NCBI RefSeq assembly: GCF_030144855.1
Contig: NC_082726.1
Location: forward strand, 38,502,001-38,566,000
Source: Hypanus sabinus
Lineage: Eukaryota
Direction of reading: 5' to 3'
Length of the DNA: 64,000 bases
This document shows positions 1 to 14,417 of the stretch, one piece after another. The notes below the pieces were generated by a model. That model saw only the letters and a program-made list of their open reading frames with translations. It made no database searches and was not told where the DNA came from. Within the stretch, counting starts at the first letter, position 1; the number at the start of each line of letters is the position of its first letter. A program made the translations under genes and the position numbers.

Positions 1-1561
1 AAACCAAATATACTCAGTTTTGTCAATTTCCCAATGGTTGGCCTGGGTTAATATTTTCCCCTAAATATTTATAACCATTATTTATTCAATGACATAATTT
101 AGCGCCTGCTCATAAATCACATTTTGCCTATACATAATTTGCATTCACATGAATATTTATTATAAGGTCTAACCTACCAGAACAATATTAATTTTTTTAG
201 TCTAAGTGCCTAGAAGCAATTATTGTTTTGTTATCCATTTATTCTTAACTGAGCAATTAAATTATCATTTTCATTGACTAAATTACAGGAATATTTTCTG
301 GCAAACGTTGACGATGCTTTTTCCATTTAGATAAGGGAATAAATATCTGCACAGGCACAGAGATGGCTAGAAATAAAATACAATGAGATTAAAAGGAATT
401 GCTGGTTTCACGCCGAGGAAAAATTTGGATTACACATAATGAAATTAAAGTTACTTTCTTTGGAGGAAGAAAGTAAAATCTTCCAAGATTTTGTCTCAAA
501 TGATTTACATAGAACATATCTTAAAGTTTGACCTGTTTAATTGCACAAAGCAATTGATTACAATTTGGCAACTTTATATGATTTCTTATCCATATTATGC
601 CAAAGACCAATTTTTTCTGCGCAATTGGGGAAATTACATAATAGGTTTGATAGTCTACAAGATCATTATGGAGATTGTAATTCATGGCATTACATTTTGA
701 CCTTCTGGACATCATGCTTTGCTTATTGTGACTAATAACTTGGTAACAGCAATGGCAAAAAAGTTTCTAACATAAAGTGTAGCAGACTTTAGTTTATTAA
801 TTTGTGATTACCTTGCTGTCAATTTAATAACTGCAAGATAAAATGTGTAAGCATGTGAGGTAAATCATAGGATATTTCCAGGGATCATCTCAAAAATAAG
901 CTCTTGACATGTTGACATATACATGAATAACAATACTGGCTTGGCCTCATCAGCTGAATGCCATTTTATAGTTTTGGATTCCTAACATTTATGCCTATAT
1001 TTCTTTATGCTTATGATATTTATTTGTGCTTAAAAAAGGATCAAAAAGATAATGTTATAACGTTTTGAAAAGTTAAAAAACCCTTAGGTTGCTGCTCATT
1101 GCTAATTAGGAAATTACGGTCTTTATTCAGTGGATAAGAACACAAGCCTTAATGGAAACAAGGCATGTAACTGAAGATCAATTCTGTTCATCTGAATCCT
1201 TACTTGTGCCTTTAAACAAAAGATTATATTCTTGATATTAAAGATGCTACCTAGTTAGGCACATAACAGATTCCTCCAACTGTGTGTTTCATACAATCTA
1301 TTCCTCTCTTCAAACATGAGCCAATGTATGTCTTTTGTGTTCTAAATTCTTAAATATTCTTAATAATATTACAGTTAAGAACTCAATATTGAAATATGAT
1401 GATATGAATAATGCAAAGCTTGTTGACAAATCTGTATTATTGAATCATCTCATCTTAACTGTACTATTGTTAAGAAACTGTAATTTTCACACTTTTGTCA
1501 TTTCTCATCATTCTTTTAATCTTGTATATCTTAACAATACTTTTGCTGACATAATACCTAC

Positions 1562-1622
1562 CTCCTGCACAGACGCTTGATGGTTCAACTGCTAGAATTT
1601 CAATGCAAGATTTTTTAAGAAT
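1562..1622 (-). CDS. ANTXR1: ANTXR1-like exon 9
   Basis: [20 protein letters not shown]; 61 nt; donor G|GTAGG. Confidence 0.92.
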
Positions 1623-4600
1623 CTGTTAACACAGAAAATGTGAAAATATTTTAGTACTTAACAAAATTTTCAACTACCGTTTAAGAAAAGTAGTTTATTG
1701 CAAAAAGTGTACTTCCTTAATAACTAATTAAAATGCAGAAGAATATTTTTAATAAACTCCACTGGTAGAAAAGGTGCAATGAATTGCTGAATTGGACCTA
1801 CCGCATCAATAATGCTTCCTAATGCTTCAAATCCACCCGTTACTGGGAACACATGATCAATGCTATCAGCAATTTTGGCTAACTAGAAAAGAAATCCGTT
1901 GATTATAAAGTTATCAGGTTGATACACACTGCCAGTTATTTCCCCCTTATTCTGTGGAGTTTCCAATTGATAATAGCAAACAAAACATAGTAATAAAATG
2001 CATATATTATTAAGCTGTGTCTCGGCACAAAATCCCAAGGAAAATATGGGGTAAATAGGTTTTCATGCAATGTATTTCTTGAGACATTGGAACTGCATTG
2101 CAAAAACTGCTGTCGACTTCCTATAGTTTATTAGCATAGCACCAGACCATTCAAGACATTTGCAAATATTATATTTTTAATTTAAACTTGTTTTCCTGTG
2201 CCATCTAGGACACCTAAGTGAGACAAAAAAATAATTGATGTCTTTCTCATAAATGTCAACATGGAAAAACTTTGCAGCATTATCCCTACAAAATGGATAA
2301 GGTTCACACAAAATGCTGGAACAATCATCCCATAGGGCTCTTCCATATTGGGCCTTTAAGAATACAAATTGAGGAAAATGGTAGTTAAAGCACCAAAGTG
2401 GGAAAGAGCAGAGAAAACATGATTAACTACCATCACAATTCTGTGTTCATCAGCTACTGTTTTTGCCATTAGTGTGTCATTTGTGATCTTTGAAAAAACA
2501 TTAGTTTTATTTTACATAAAAATACTTTTAAAAAATGTACACTGTACCTGAGTTTGATTGAAATCTTTCACACCAACACAATAAATTGTAGCTCCAAACC
2601 TTCTAGCTCTTTCAGCCTATGCAATGAAAAGATATTTGTCAAACATTGTTGGTGTTAAAGTTAAAACTAAGACTTTCTTTTTGTTCTACTGCAATGAACA
2701 CTTACTTCTGCTTGTGCACGGTCATACAGCTTGTCAATCAATTCCCCATCTGTCAATGCAATGATGACACTAGCAGCTTGAAACCCTGTGGTTGTGGAAT
2801 CAAAATTAATACTTTTCCTAATATTTACCTTTTCAATGACCCATATATAAGATATGGGTCAACATTATCATTAGTACCCAAAGGTCTCTCCAGTTCTGCA
2901 TATGATGCTCCTTCCTTTTCAGAATTCCTGAATTATTCTTGATGTCTCAAAGAATGATACTCAGGCACTGATGCTCGCCTAATTATCAATGATATTTGAA
3001 AAGCTATCTGCTTTACTCATGAAGCACTCTAAAGGAAAGTTTCTGATTTAATTCTGTAAATTAAAATAAAATAATTTCCGATACTGGCTTTTTGGTCTCC
3101 AGTTGTATTAATGTGCGGTGGCAGTATCGTGTACAAAAGTCAACGCGCATTAAAATCAAATTTCCCGCTCTCTGGGGAGCTGCAGTGACTTATGGGAGAT
3201 ATTCCAAGAAGCAGAAAATGTGATTGTAATGTGTACTGACTTTTTCATGCGCTGCCACCACTGCACACTACAGTAATCATGTAGCGGGAGACTGAGAATT
3301 AAATTATTTTAATTAGGCTTTGCAATAAAAATCAGAATTTTTTTTGAAACAAAGCAAATTCTAAGTAAGGATGATGGTCCCAGTTTAAAAAAAAATCTGT
3401 GTATAAGAAGAAGGAAAGGAGCAGGTTTAAATTATGAGAAAATTCATTTAAAGGTGCAAGTGAATCAAAAATTACATTTTCATTTTAAGTACCATAGCTG
3501 CACTTGTCTGTATTAGACAATGGGTTCTGCTTGGGTAAATTGCATGTGACAACTGTCATTTCTAATAGTGTGGTTGAATATTGGGTCATAAGTTGACTAA
3601 AAAAGTACTGATCGCATAGCTAAAGAGTATCCTAAGCACAGTATTAGAAGTGGAGATACTCAATTTTTTGCTGGATTCCATCAGCTTAAGCTGGGTAATG
3701 GAACCAACGGCTTATTGCCTGTAAGACCTGTGTCCAGAGACAAACAAGGGCAAGTCCTGATAACACTTTATTGTGTGTAAAGGGTCCTGATATCATACTT
3801 CAAATAAGGTCAAATATTTTCCACAGCGTATACATATAATAATCTGCTAAACCAATGGCTTTCATTCCTTCAGTAATTTGCCAATTTCAACTGCATTCTT
3901 TGTAAAGTTCCAGTTAAAGCCAATTATTGTGTTGAGGAAGGGAGGGGGTGGGCAAAAATAAATAATGCTCCGCAACTAAGTTATTTTCATTCCTTCTGGT
4001 AAGCACAGAATACCGGCAGAGATCCGAGATCTGGCATTGTTTACTTTATTGGCTATGTCTCGTAGTCTACTGAAACCAAGGAGAAGAGAGACAGACAATA
4101 ACATGGATATTCAAGTATGTGTACTCATAATCAGAAATATTACATTTTTAAATAATAACTGTACAGAATAAATTCTTTATAAGAATGACGAATGTACATT
4201 ATACCTCACAAGCCTTAACAAGCATAATAAAGTAGGTCAAAAACATCAACACAAACAATAACAGCAACTTGCATTTACTGTATATTGTACTCTTAAAGCT
4301 GTACTTCAGATTGATAATGAAATAAAAGTAGTTGGTGAGCTACAGATGGTGATCAAAACATGGCCACAGATGCGTTTTGAGAATGGCCTCGGAAGTGGAG
4401 AGGGAAAGAGATTTAGGAAAGGCACTTTAAGAGCTGCATGCATCTTACAGTGATAGGCTGCGGGAGAATAAACATGATGCCTGAGTTAGAATATTAGAGG
4501 TGGTGTGAGGGTCAAGATTGAAGCAAAGGTGGTTATAGAAGTCGTGATGCCATGGAGGCATTTAAGCACAACTATGTGGATCAACTGTGGTCACTAACAT

Positions 4601-7600
4601 AAAAACCTAATGCAGGGGTTCCCAACCCTGTTTTACGCCACGGACCAATACCATTAAGCAAGGGGTCCGTGGACCCAGTTTGGGAAGCCCTGGGCTAATG
4701 CTTACCTGAGTAGTTTTCATGGTAAATCTGTTCAGTAGCCTGTAAAATGAAAAAGAATAATATAATATGAAAGTAAACTAATAGCAATCTATTTTAATGA
4801 CAGAAGTGATGGATTTTTTAATGATAGAGAACAGATCTTGATGTATGGATTTTACCTTTATGATACCCTCATGCATGAATGTATCTCCCCCGGGCACTTC
4901 CTTCCGTAGGGTATTTAGACCTTTGCGTATAGTTACCCTTAAAATAAGATAAAACTATTTAGCAATGACTTTAATATAGCAAAATGTCATTAGACCTTTT
5001 CACAGAAGGCTTATCAAACATAATTTACAAGGAAGCATTAAAAAAATTCCAAAGTTTAAAACTTAAGCAACTGAAAGCAAGTCCATTACTGGTGCTGCAA
5101 TTACATTAACAAATAACAGAAATGCAAAATCAAGTAATATATTGGTCATTTCATCCTGAATGAACCCTTAAAAATTGCAGATTTGAATTGCAGTTTGAAT
5201 TCTGAAATAAAATTGGAAAATGATGGAAACATTCAGCGATTCAGGAAGCATGTGTAGATAGATATTTAATGCTTCAGGTCAAAAAATATTCATTGGAATT
5301 GAGAAAGAGAAAATATATTTGTCAAGTTGCAGAGAGGGTAAGGGAGAAATGCATAGTTCAAAGGGAATACTTCTAATAGGACAAGGCCAGGTTTGCCATG
5401 GCAAACAGTTGATAGGATAAACATGGAAGATAGAGAGAGAAAATAAACAACGGAATATGCAAAAGATGTGAAATGAGAATCAGGGGCGTAGGATACTCCC
5501 AGCAGATCAGACAATATTAGTAAGCAGAAATGAATTGAATTAATAATGGAAAATAGAACTAATCAGCTATAATGCAGATAGAGAAGACATGTTATCTGGA
5601 TTTTTTGAAGCTGATATTGAGTCCTAAACAATGAAGGCTGCAAACTGCCCAAACTTTTGAAGTGTTTCTTTTCCTCAAAGTGATATTCAGTTTTGTTTGC
5701 ACAGTAAAAGGAAGCAACAGAAAAATAGATCAGAGTGGGGGAGAGAAGACAGTCACATTATCTTCAGTATGTGCATGCTGCAACCTATTAACCAGGTAGC
5801 TTCACAAACATCCTTATCACCATTCAATTGTAGTCTTCCTCAACCAGAGATTTGTTTTGTCTTATCTATTTGTCTCTCACTTTCTTTGCAGTTCCCTCTC
5901 CAGCTCTGATTAAAGAGTCTTCAATCTGAAATTTGAAATCTGTTTCTCTTTCCACAGATATGGCCTGACCTGTTGAGTATTTTCTGCAATTTTAAAAATA
6001 ATTTTTACTAGTGTTTTTATATTGCAATTCAGTCAAAGCAGTGGTTTGGCTGGATATTCCAATGGTTTCTATTTCACAAGATCAGAAGGGAAGACATTAG
6101 TAAAATAACTATTAATGGCATAAGCGTTCCACAATTTATTATTTTTAAATACTTGGAACACTCACCATTTATTGACATGCTCTGTTTGAATACTTACCTA
6201 TCTGCGGTCAGCTTCATCAAAGTTCTGCTTACTGAAGAGAAAACAATAAAAGACATCCGCAGCTGGGGACTGAAAGAAGTTAATTGTTAGTTTAAGTATT
6301 TTAAATGTATTAACTACTATATTTGACAAAAACAATTTTAAGATGACTTAATACCTCAAAAACTTTTCAGCAAGATCTTCGACAAAAGAATATATTTCAT
6401 GCCAGTGGTTCATAACACTTCCTGATCTGAAAAAGATATGATTTACTATTATTTACACAAATACTGAGAAAATCCTCCTACACAGCTTGAGGAACTACTC
6501 TTTGAGACCTTAAATCCCTGAGCTGGATGTACCTTCAAAGATACAAATGAATGTTGGATGGTGACTGTTCTTCACCTCAACTGAAATTAGTTTTGTTGTC
6601 TGAAATGAAATGAGATATCAATGTGGAATTGAACACAACAAACAGCAAATAACATTATAATTGTTAGCATCTCATTATCTCCCTCAGCACCTGGTCATTA
6701 TCTCAATGCAGGACATTTATTCACACCTGGGATATGGTCCTAGAAAGTGATACAGATATTCATAATTACTGGTTAATTCTAGGATTTTGATTCGGTCAAA
6801 ATATGGTGATAGATTTTGAAAATAGGATGGCATGCAATTTGAAAAGGAACTTTCAGTGATAAGATCCCCATTTACTTGCTTGTCCTTTTTCTTCCAGGTG
6901 ACAGAAGTCATAGGCCGGGAGGATCTATAGAAGCAGCACAGACAAGCTCTTGTGGTGCATTCTGTAAGTGGTACATATTGTACAATATGCTGATGGTGGA
7001 GGAAGTGAATACTCACCGTGGTGAGTGGGGTGTCAGACAGGTAGGCTAATTCGCTCTGAATGGTATCTAGCTTCTTGAATGTTCTTGGAATTGCACTTGG
7101 AGAATAAACAATCACAGTCATTGTATGACTTGCATTTGGTGGAAAGGCTTCAGAAAGACCAGAGAGAAGCTTGTCACAAAATATCAAAGCCTTCTCATAC
7201 TTTTCTAGCCGTTATTTATATATGCTTCTCCACTTAGCTTTCTACACAATGGTGACACCAGTGATGTTGACAATGGAGAAATTTGAAGATGAAATGTCAC
7301 TGAAAGACAAAGGGAGATGATTAAGCTCCCTTTTATTAGAGTTTGTGCCATCTTCAAACTGAGAATAAATTCCCTCAAAACTGGGAGTTCATGCGATGCT
7401 GTTGGCCATCAGCAAAATGAAATACTATTTTTCATTGGTCCATAACCTCATGGCCGAGCATAACTCTCACAATTGTTATAATCAAGTCAAGATATCAATC
7501 CTAAGTTAAATGAGGAATGTAGAAGAGCATGCAAGAATAGCAACTGACATACTTTAAACTGAAGCACCAATTTTGTGAAATAATTACTGAAATAATGTAA

Positions 7601-10600
7601 TGATCGGTCAAGAATCGTAAAGGATAATTAAAGAACTAAGGTGGTGACACGGGAGGAGGCTCCCTGAACATTCATCTGATGGTGGAGCTATCAGTACTGT
7701 TCAAATGGAGAGGTTGGAACTGCACCTAGCCAAAACGGTTAAATGGATGACACCTCCGCCATCCTTATGTTGTCCTCAGAAGCAAAGAAACCAGTTTTCA
7801 TGTAATTTGGTTTACTTCATAGGATAACAAAAAAGCAATTTAGCTACAACAACATCTGTTATGATGAAGACCAGCTTGACTGGTTGAGCCATGTTGCAAC
7901 AATAATCTTGCACTAAACATGAGCAAGACCAAGGAACATATTTATTTATTTATTTTATAGATCATCCCTCAAAATGTATTTTAGAGATCTAGAGCAGAAT
8001 AGGCCCTTCCAGCCCAGCAACCCATCTATTTAACCTCAGCCTTATCACAGGACAATGTACAATAACCAATTAAACTCTGACCGGTACGTCTTTGGAATGC
8101 AGGAGTAAACTGGAGCAATAAATAATGAGAACATGAAACAATGAGATGAATAGTCCTTAAAGTCGTATCATTGGCTGTAGGAACATTTCAATAATGAAGT
8201 ACGTGAGCTGATGGAACTCGGCAGGTCAGGCAGCATTTATAGAGAGGAATAAACAATTGATGTTTTGGGCTGAGACCCTTCATCAGGACTGAAAAAGTTG
8301 GAATATATGTGAACCAACTTGAGAAGTAGGCTTCTAAGGACAGTAATATAATTTTTCAAAAAGTATTTACTGCAAATAAAGAGAGTATTGGGTAATAGGA
8401 TGATGAGTGGAAGGTTCGGGTGAAGAGTTGTCATGGGGTGCAGCACATGAGAGACAATAATGCTGAATTCTGGAATAGCATGTTTTCGGAGATCTTGAAT
8501 CTAGAATTACATGACATTGTGGGTAACACACACAAAATGCTAGAGGAACTCAGCAGATCAGGCAGTATCTATTGGAAAGGAATAAAGAGTTGATGCTACA
8601 GGCCAAGATCGTTCATCAGGACTGGAAAGGAAGAGGAGGAAGACAGAATAAGAAGGGGGAGGACTGCAAGCTAGAAGGTGGCAGGTGAAGCCAGCTGAGG
8701 GGGAAGGTAGGTGGGTGAGGGAGGGGGGATGGAGTGAAAAGCTGGGAGGTGATAGGTGGAAAAGATAAAAGGCTGAAGAAGAAGGAATCTGTTAAGAGAG
8801 GAAAGTGGACCATGAGAGAAAGGGAAAGAGGAGGGGCACCAGAGGGAGGTGTTAAGCAGGTGAGAAGAAACAAAGAGGTAAGAGGGGAGCCAGAAAGAAG
8901 GGGGAGGGGGAGAAATTACCAGAAGTTAGAGAAATCGATGTTCAAACCATCAAGTTGGAAGTTACCCAGATGGAACATAAGGTGTTGCTCCAGTCATGGC
9001 ATTACAGGACGCCATAGACCGACATGTTGAAATGGAAATGGGGAATGGGGAATTGGAATTAAAATGGTTGGCCACTGGGAAATGCTGAATGAAGGTGCTC
9101 GACTAAGTGATCCCCCAATCTATGTTGAGTCTCTCCGATGCAGAGGAGACCAGACCGGGAGCACCAGATACAGTAGATAACCCCGACAGACTTGCAGGTG
9201 AAATGTGTCACTTGGAAGGGCTTTTTGGGGTCCTGAATGGAGGTGAGGAAGGAGGTGAATGGGCAGGTGTAGCACTTTTTCCACTTGCTGAGATAAATTA
9301 AATACCAGGAGTGAGGTCAGTGGGGAGGGATGAATGGACAAGGGAATATGAGAGAGAGAGAGAGCGATCCCTACAGAGAGTTTGGGAGGGTGGTTATAGA
9401 TATGTTTGGTGGGATTGGCATGCTGGAATCTGAAGCAAAAGACAAATTACTGGAGGAACTCAGAAGGTCAAGCCGTATCAATAGAGGCAAAGGGATGACC
9501 TTACATCAGGATCAACATAGAACATGTTCAAGCACAGAAGATGCTATCCAACCATTTGTGTTTTGTCAGGGAAATTCTAGGCTCTTGAGTCCACAATGTT
9601 GCGCTGACCATGAAACCTACTCTAGAAGCTGCCTAGAATTTCCCTACTACATTGCCCTCTATTTTTTCAAACTCTGTGTACCTATCTAAGAGTCTCTTTA
9701 AAGACCCAACTGTATCCATCTCCACCACCATTGCTGGTAGTGCATTCCAGCATCGGAGAGTTAAATATTGGCAGCTAATAAGGAGAGAGTTTGGGAGGTG
9801 AATGCTAAAACATACCTGACAAAACACGAATGGTTGGATAGCATCTTCTGTGCTTGAAGTTTACAGTGAAAGCTTTTGACAGATCTGTGCTCTTGGAGCA
9901 GTTGGGAGATAAGGCAGCAATAAGATTTTCAAAAATCAAGGACATAGTTTTAAGGCAACATTCTTCTGGTATGAGATTTTCAGTGATCTGGAGTTTCAGG
10001 AAGAAGTAAGAGCTAGGAATAGAGAGAAATTGTGAAATGTCCTAATTAATCCCATCAGTAGCAGTGGATCCTGGTAGGAAGCTTAGTTCTTTTTTGAGGA
10101 AGTAGTCAGTTTAAAGTTGGAGGTGGTATAGCCTTCAGGAAGTGAGGCAGAGAGTACTAGTTTGGGATATTTGTAGCACTGCTACAAAAAGGATGCACTG
10201 CTATTAAGAATAAGATAATTTGCTCCAAGCATGTTAGAAGAGGTAAACATGTAACATGCATAAATGCAGAATAAGAAATGAAGTCCCCCACATGCACCAA
10301 AAGCCCAAAGGTATGTACAACTGAGAAGTGAGTCTTTTATGTAATGAAAATAGAAGCTTGAAATAAATATTTTTAACCTTGGTGGCAAACTGGTGATTCT
10401 GATGAAAGGAAGGCATTGACAAAGTTTTGGACATGTTGTGATGTATGCATAAGATTGTAGATGGCTCCAAGCCTTTTTTTAAACTGGTATTTCAATCAAT
10501 TCATATCCTTATTCAGTTCAAGTGCCCATGCGATTAATCATTTTACTTTCAAGAAGGAGTCATGGTCAACTATCTTTGTCTGAAAGCATTTTCAGACTAA

Positions 10601-13600
10601 CTGGAATTCGATAATTGATAGAATGTTGACTGCACCTATGTGGCCATCAGGGATCCACGTGTGAACCACAAGATTTATGTGAAATAATTCATGCAGCAAG
10701 ACTGAATACCGTTGTTTTGTTTACATTGCACACATGTCAAAGGCTAAACCTCAAAGAGAGCCACTGTTACAAATAACTACCAATATAAATGATCATAAAT
10801 TTCCTGAATATATAATGAAGCTAGTGAATGTTCTGAAATTGTGATCAGCTATCGGGAATCTCTACGGATGATAAAACCCAATTTTGTCAGCAGGCAAGAA
10901 GAATGCCTTCGACCAGGTTTATCCCAAACATGGTAAATCTAGATGGCATCAAATCTATAAAACTTTAATGTGCTAATAGAGGTTCACAGGCTTATAGGTA
11001 CATTTAATTATTCAGAGAAAATTTCAGAAAAGAAGATGCAGAGAAAACATGACTTGGTAATCATGAACACATAAACTACTAGCAAATTTCAGAATACGTA
11101 GGCAGTCTTGGAAAATTGGCTCTATAACAAGAAATGGAAATAGTAATTTACAACCTCCAAGAAAATATGGACTAATTGTAAACTTTGAACTAGAAGTATT
11201 TCTACCTCTCCCAAAATAAATAGCAAACAGAACACTTTTTAATTTAGATTGTCCTCAAATCCCTGTCCTTGTGGGCATATGCTAATTCACTTACCATAAA
11301 GCAATAAATATTCTAACTCATTTCTCTCTACATTGCAAGGGATCTGCATGATTTAGTTAAAAATCTGATAGTGAGAAGGTTTATTTTCTGCTAAAAGAGA
11401 TTTAAAGCATAAATGAGTCTTCTACTGCTTGAAGTATAATGATTTTATGAAACCTGCTTTAGAACATTTTCAAACCCACTGTTTTGTTTTGTCTCAGAAT
11501 TATGTACAACTGACGGCTAAATCTGGCATAGAAAGCCTTCGTAAATGATCTTTTAAATTTTTTTTGTGTCTGTTCTGAGGTAGTCGTGGTGATACATGAC
11601 TGTACACTTTGATTTTGCCAGCGTTTTTGTTTGAGGTTTTTCCCTCAAATATTTTTCACTTACGTTTGGTTCTTTTAGTTTTAACATGTCATCCTAGAAA
11701 AAGGTGATCATGGGTATATAAACAGGAAGTCATTGTGCCTCACAAAAGCTAGTTCAGCTATTCAACCATTTTGGATACCATGGCAAATTCAACAAAGTTT
11801 TGTGAAACAGTGTTTGACCAACTTACTTGAGTTCTTTGAACATTCAAAGATTCAAAGTACATTTAGAACCAAGTTCATATGTGGAAGACAATCCTCAGAT
11901 TCATCTTCACACAGACAGACAGGAAAGAAAGAAAAACCATGGAACCTGTTCAAAGAAAAATATCAAACCCCAAAGTGCAAAAATAGAACAAATTGCACAA
12001 ACAGCAAAAAGATTAGTGTAAAGTACAGAACATAAAACATCAAATTGCGAAGTCATTGAAATAGTCCAGGAATGTTCAGTTTAATTCAGTCCAGTTCAAT
12101 TTAGCACCGTGTCATTCGTTGACTGCAGGCCACAGAGCCAGCCCACCTGATCAAAATCACACAATATATCAACTAAAGAAGAGCAGTTAGAAACCAGGAA
12201 CACATCACAACGTGAACTACATCAATTAAACCTTGCCAAAGACCCAAGATTCCAGCACTATTCTCCAGCAGCATTGAGCAAGAGAAAGAGAGCCCAATCA
12301 AATGTAGACCCCTTCCCCTGGCAGCAGCAAGTGAGAAGGAGAGAAACGTCAGTCAAACACAGACAGACAGTACTGAACACCCACTCGCCTTCTGCTCTCC
12401 ACCTCATTCGTTTTAATCTTCCTCGACGTTTTAATCTGCGAGATATGGAGTCAATCATGGGCTTGTGTCCTGTCTCCGGGCTTCTTGGACTCCAGGCCAC
12501 ACACTTTGCTGGAAACCTCACCAAACTCCCTCGGAGACAGCAAGAGCTTGGTCAATCGGCTCAAAAACACACAATCAAAATGTAGATCACAGGCTCCAAC
12601 AGTAGCTGACTCGTATTTGAAAGAAGAAGAAGTGAAAGAAATAGTTTTGTGAACTGTCTGAAGATTCACTCTTTTGGTCGCATTGCTTGTGGTGCCATCT
12701 TCTTCACAGTGTGTAGATGTGTTATAGATAAATGGGAACTGATGGATGTACTAAAGATATAAAAGTTATTGGTGATAATACAATTCTATGTCTGAACATT
12801 TTACCATGGATAGAATTTTGACTATAAAAGGAGACAGCATAAGCACAACAGGGTGTTATCTGGTTGGCAAAATGTGAAGAACACTGTGCCACAGGCATTG
12901 ATGCTGAGGTTTCAACTTCTTACAATTTTTATAAATTACTTGGATGAAAGCATCTCCAGCAATGTTATTATATTTCTGTTGACATAATGATCAGAAACAA
13001 AAGAGCACACAAGAAAGTAGGAGCAAAGTGCACCTCTGAACTTTTCAAACCTCTCTTGCCATTAATGGGACATTGAACAATACAGCACAATACAGGCTTT
13101 TCATACCACGATGCTGTGCCAAGATTTTAACCTATTTCAAGATCAATCTAACGATTTCCTCCCACAATTCCCTCCATTTTTCTTTCATCCATGTACCCAT
13201 CTAAGAGTCTCTTAAATATCCCTAATATATCTGTAGCTATCACCACCCTGGCAGTGTGTTCCGTGCACAACCACTCTCTATGTAAAAAAAAAAATTACCT
13301 CTGACATCATCCCTATACTTTCATCCAATAATGTTAAAAGTATGCCCTCCCGTTTTAGCCATTGTAACCTCGGCGCAAAGGCACTGGATGTACATTCTAT
13401 CTAAGCCACTTACCATCTTATACTCCTCTATCACCTACCACCTCTCATCATCCTTCATTCCAAAGAAAAAAGCCCTAGTTTCCTCAAAAGACATGCTCTC
13501 TAATCCAGGCAGCATCCTGTAAATATACTTTGCATCCTCTGTAAAGCTTCTACACCCTTCCTATAAAGAGGCAACCAGAATTGAATGCAATATTTCAAAT

Positions 13601-14382
13601 ATTCTAACTAGGGTTTTATAGAGCTGCAACATTACCTTGTGGCTCTTTAACTCAATCTCCTGAGTAATGAAGGCAACACACCATAAACCTTCTTAACAAC
13701 CCTATCAACCTACATGGCAACTTTGAGGGATCTATGGATGTGGAGCCCAAGATCCCTCTGTTCCTCCACACTGCTAAGAATCCTACAGTGCCTTCAAGTT
13801 CAGCCTTCCAAAGTACATCACTTCACACTTCTACAGATTGAACTCCATCTGCCACTTTTCAGCCCAGCTCTGCGTTCTATCAATGTCCTTTCATAACCTA
13901 TGACAACCTTTTACACTATCCACACCTCCAATCTTTGTATCATCTGCAAATTACTAACCCACCCTTCCACTTCCTCACCTAACTTAATTATAAAAATTAC
14001 AAAGAGCAATGGGCCAAATAACAATGTCTGCAGAACACCACTAATCATTGACCTTCAGGTAGAATATTCTCCATCTGCTACCATCCTCTGCCTTCTGTAG
14101 GCAATGCTGCTGATCTGCCCAAAGATTCAACTCCTTTTCTGTGCAGATTCCACATTGTCCTTAATCCTTCAATTTACAAAAGCCTTCTCTTGGAAAAACC
14201 TCTAATAATCTTGCCTTCAGGACTTTCTAAGTTCAAAAGTTCCAGAGATTCATCACCCTCTGGGAGAAGAAATTCCTGTACACTGGAGAGTAAAAGGACC
14301 GTCCCTCATAATGTATTTACTTCCTCTCATTCAAGATTTGAGTGGAAACATCTCATCATCTAGCTTATGAAGTATCCTTAGG

Positions 14383-14417
<35 letters not shown>

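Noticed and set aside
800-850. Possible ANTXR exon 10 or micro-exon (ttgcag...AAG|gtaatc on the minus strand)
   Set aside because: No match to the expected VVV.GNGF..CSF peptide and the most similar frame contains a stop; exon 10 probably lies outside the window
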